A stretch of DNA of 63,237 bases, counting the filler. It is 5 parts of 5 records of this genome, joined end to end, with 100 filler letters (N's around TTAATTAATTAA, not from the genome) between each part and the next. Parts side by side here need not be neighbours in the genome. Positions count along the whole stretch, not along the records: positions 37,059 to 63,237 come from SRR31156797_8777; 4 more parts are not named here. One strand, 5' to 3'. This document shows, piece after piece, positions 60,592 to 63,237 of this stretch (position 1 is its first letter; each line of letters starts with the position of its first letter). Both the position numbers and the translations under genes were made by a program. Below the pieces are notes generated by a model. It was not told the origin of the DNA. It searched no databases and was given only the letters and a program-made list of their open reading frames with translations.

Positions 60592-61671
60592 ATGAGTATT
60601 ATCACTAATATCGATAGTCGAAGGATTGAATTACTAAAAGCTTTTAAACTAACACTCCTTGAATATGTAAATAGAAAATCCTTAGAAAGGGAAGACCTCC
60701 AGGATCTCATTGGAAATTTGAATAATGTTCAACTAATGCTCGATTTTCACAGAGATCATATCTCTTTAGTAATAATGTTAATTTCAATCAGGGAAGAGGA
60801 TCTTTGTCTCCGTAATCTTCCATGGATCTACCACACTTATCACAACCAAGGTTTTTCTTATAAGTTTTTTGAAATGGATTTCAAACTTTGGATTGATTCT
60901 GTTGAATATGTAACTGGATACAATGAAATCAAATCGATACTTCATATTCATGAAAGAATGCTATTAGATCATGAACGAAGCATAATTAAATCAGAGGAAT
61001 ACAAGCCCCATTGGGATCACAGGAGTTTAACAGATACACAGATATCATTTTTAGAATCCCTTTTAAAAGGAGATCAGAAAAGTTTTAACGATCTTTCAAA
61101 TAGTTACATAAAATCAAAAAATGATCTAGAGAGCTATTATGCTGACATTGTCACTCCAGTGATGTACGCAGTTGGCGGTTTATGGGAACTAGGTGAAATA
61201 TCTGTTGCAGAAGAGCATCTAGCTTCAGCAATTGTCAGTAGAGTATTAGCAACTCATTATCAGTATATGGAGTATTCATTCGAACGAAAAGGTAAAGTTG
61301 TAATATGTTCGTCTGCTAACGAATACCATGAAATTGGTGCATGGATTACTGCAAACATGTTTGAAGCTGAAGGATGGGACGTTCACTATTTAGGAGCAAA
61401 TGTAACTATAAGTGATTTAGAATCAATAATAAAAAAAATTGAGCCAAAAATATTAGGACTCTCTGTTTCAATGGCTTATAATTATGAAATAGCCGAAGAA
61501 ATAATCGAGAGGATTAGAAGTAATACTGTACTTAAAGATTTAAAGATTATCCTAGGAGGAAGTCTGTTCTCAATATATCCTGAACTCTGCAGATACTCGA
61601 AAGCTGACTATGTAGCAAAAACATTCAAAGAATCTTTGCACTACTCAAACAAGTTGTTAACTGATGATTAG
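60592..61671 (+). CDS. Cobalamin-binding domain protein with N-terminal helical (globin-like?) domain
   Basis: W-x9-EH (WELGEISVAEEH), EYHEIG, YLGAN, GLSVSM, LGG. Confidence 0.85.
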   Translation: MSIITNIDSRRIELLKAFKLTLLEYVNRKSLEREDLQDLIGNLNNVQLMLDFHRDHISLVIMLISIREEDLCLRNLPWIYHTYHNQGFSYKFFEMDFKLWIDSVEYVTGYNEIKSILHIHERMLLDHERSIIKSEEYKPHWDHRSLTDTQISFLESLLKGDQKSFNDLSNSYIKSKNDLESYYADIVTPVMYAVGGLWELGEISVAEEHLASAIVSRVLATHYQYMEYSFERKGKVVICSSANEYHEIGAWITANMFEAEGWDVHYLGANVTISDLESIIKKIEPKILGLSVSMAYNYEIAEEIIERIRSNTVLKDLKIILGGSLFSIYPELCRYSKADYVAKTFKESLHYSNKLLTDD

Positions 61672-62611
61672 TTCCGGTAAAAGTGAAGTAGACACCGAAT
61701 TGAATATACTCTCCCGCATATCAAATTATCTTAATGACACTATATTCATATTACTCGGAATGAATGGTGAAATATTGGAAAGTAATAACTTGTTTTTGAA
61801 AGCCGTTCATCAACCCGATAGTCTAGTTGGTAATTCGGTTTTTAATTATATTAAAATTGATGAGGCTATATGGAATGAGGTAATTAATACCTTATCTACG
61901 AAATCAATTCCCCTCTGCTTTATGCCAGATTATAATAAATACCAATGTCACTTAATTCCTTTTAAGAATTATATAATAGTCATGGGTCATTATATAGAGC
62001 ATTATCTGCCACATACACTCTCAGTAATGGCAGATGAAATGAGTCGAGTTGCTAACTTAACGAGAGAGCTCTCTAAAAAAAACAAGCAATTAGTAGAGGC
62101 CAAAAAAAAGATTGAAGAGATGATGAAAGTTGATCCTCTCACTGGCTTGTACAATAGAAATGAATTGAATGCAACAATTAGGGAGTACATCCAGTCATCA
62201 CGAAGATATTTTTATCCTTTATCTCTCGTAATATGTGATTTGGATCATTTTAAAACTATAAATGACACATATGGACATGACATGGGAGATATCGTGCTCG
62301 TTGGATTTGCAGATGTGTTGAAGAAGTCATGCCGTTCCACTGACTATACTGTTAGATACGGAGGAGAAGAGTTTTTAGTTCTGCTACCTCATACAACTAT
62401 GGATCAAGCTGTCACTGTAGCAGATAAGATACGAAAGGGTTTAAAGTCTTGTCACCTTGTTGATGACAAAGTAATAACTGCAAGTTTTGGTGTTACAGAG
62501 TTGGTTAAAGATATTAATGAGGTTCAGTTCATTAAAAACGCGGATATTGCACTTTACAAAGCAAAAAACTCTGGAAGAGACAAAATTGTGAGTTTTAAGA
62601 AATCAGTGTGA
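61664..62611 (+). CDS. Diguanylate cyclase (PAS-like plus GGDEF)
   Basis: DPLTGLYNR, DLDHFK.INDTYGH..GD, I-site RSTD, RYGGEEF. Confidence 0.93.
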   Translation: MISSGKSEVDTELNILSRISNYLNDTIFILLGMNGEILESNNLFLKAVHQPDSLVGNSVFNYIKIDEAIWNEVINTLSTKSIPLCFMPDYNKYQCHLIPFKNYIIVMGHYIEHYLPHTLSVMADEMSRVANLTRELSKKNKQLVEAKKKIEEMMKVDPLTGLYNRNELNATIREYIQSSRRYFYPLSLVICDLDHFKTINDTYGHDMGDIVLVGFADVLKKSCRSTDYTVRYGGEEFLVLLPHTTMDQAVTVADKIRKGLKSCHLVDDKVITASFGVTELVKDINEVQFIKNADIALYKAKNSGRDKIVSFKKSV

Positions 62612-62850
62612 AATTCATTTGTGAGTTCAGTCTCTTCTGGTAATGGTCATAATACTGCTTTGTTTAAGAGTGATAGCATTGAAAGGCCAGGCCGCATAGG
62701 AAAATAAGCGGTTTACAAATACCCTAAATGCCGTTCATATTCTTTTTACAAATTCTTTTTTCAATGAGACTCATTACTGGACCGCATCAGTTATTCAGGA
62801 GACACTCTGATTAGTCGTAGGGCCCTGGAAATTACGGTTATATTTATCTG

Positions 62851-63237
62851 TTACACCCTACTTAATGATTCCTTTGTTTGAAATACAGAGGCGTTTTGAG
62901 ATATTTCATGTACCCTGGAATAGTTATCTTTACTGATGGCTTCAATTCTGGCCAGGCTTTTTCCCATCTCATCGATTGTCTTTTCAATGGAGCTTACAGA
63001 ATCGGCAGTGGCTGCTCCGGAAGTTTTCTGATTTTTCACGGTATCGGATATAATCTCTTTCAGGTTCAGGATCTCTGACGTAAATTTTTTCACCTGATCA
63101 GAAACTTCCTTTATTGTGCTGAGGCTGTTTAAAATCTGACGGCTTCCTTCATTCAGTTCTTTGGTGGAATCACCAATCTGGGAAAAAACCTGAGAAACTT
63201 TCTTTACGTTCAATCTTACATCATGAAAGCCTGAATC
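62851..63237 (-). CDS. C-terminus of methyl-accepting chemotaxis protein, partial
   Basis: Heptad pattern ELNEGSRQILNSL...; ends ASVFQT; runs off window. Confidence 0.65.
   Translation of the reverse strand, partial: DSGFHDVRLNVKKVSQVFSQIGDSTKELNEGSRQILNSLSTIKEVSDQVKKFTSEILNLKEIISDTVKNQKTSGAATADSVSSIEKTIDEMGKSLARIEAISKDNYSRVHEISQNASVFQTKESLSRV

Overview
The window is five unrelated contigs joined by artificial 100-nt N spacers that carry TTAATTAATTAA (stops in all frames). (1) 1-17427, Bacteroidota-like: 5' end of dnaK, a T9SS-secreted PL1 pectate lyase, then a ~11 kb co-oriented cluster (two di-heme DHOR/DUF1111 lipoproteins, imelysin, two porins, a Rid/chorismatase-like enzyme, two monoheme c-type lipoproteins, a DUF5777-like barrel, an exported protein with a flavinylation motif) and a TonB-dependent receptor. 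(2) 17528-24913, AT-rich, Campylobacterota-like: type II secretion genes L-M-N-C-D-E-I-J. (3) 25014-31792, deltaproteobacterial-like housekeeping and transport genes with REP-like elements. (4) 31893-36958: an ECF sigma/ZAS anti-sigma operon, divergent from an unusual PHP-sCache-PAS-DUF294 nucleotidyltransferase membrane fusion. (5) 37059-63237, spirochaete-like: a sigma54/two-component-controlled surface glycosylation locus (GT-C-like giant protein, REC-GT2, GT2, GT4, flippase, LruC lipoprotein, STAS, REC-PP2C), then an AT-rich hemerythrin / B12-sensor / diguanylate cyclase islet. Taxonomic and family assignments come from motif recognition and composition only; no searches were run. The best candidates for undescribed systems are the PHP-Cache-NTase receptor, the LruC/glycosylation signalling locus, the heme/flavin/imelysin cluster and the B12-GGDEF pair.
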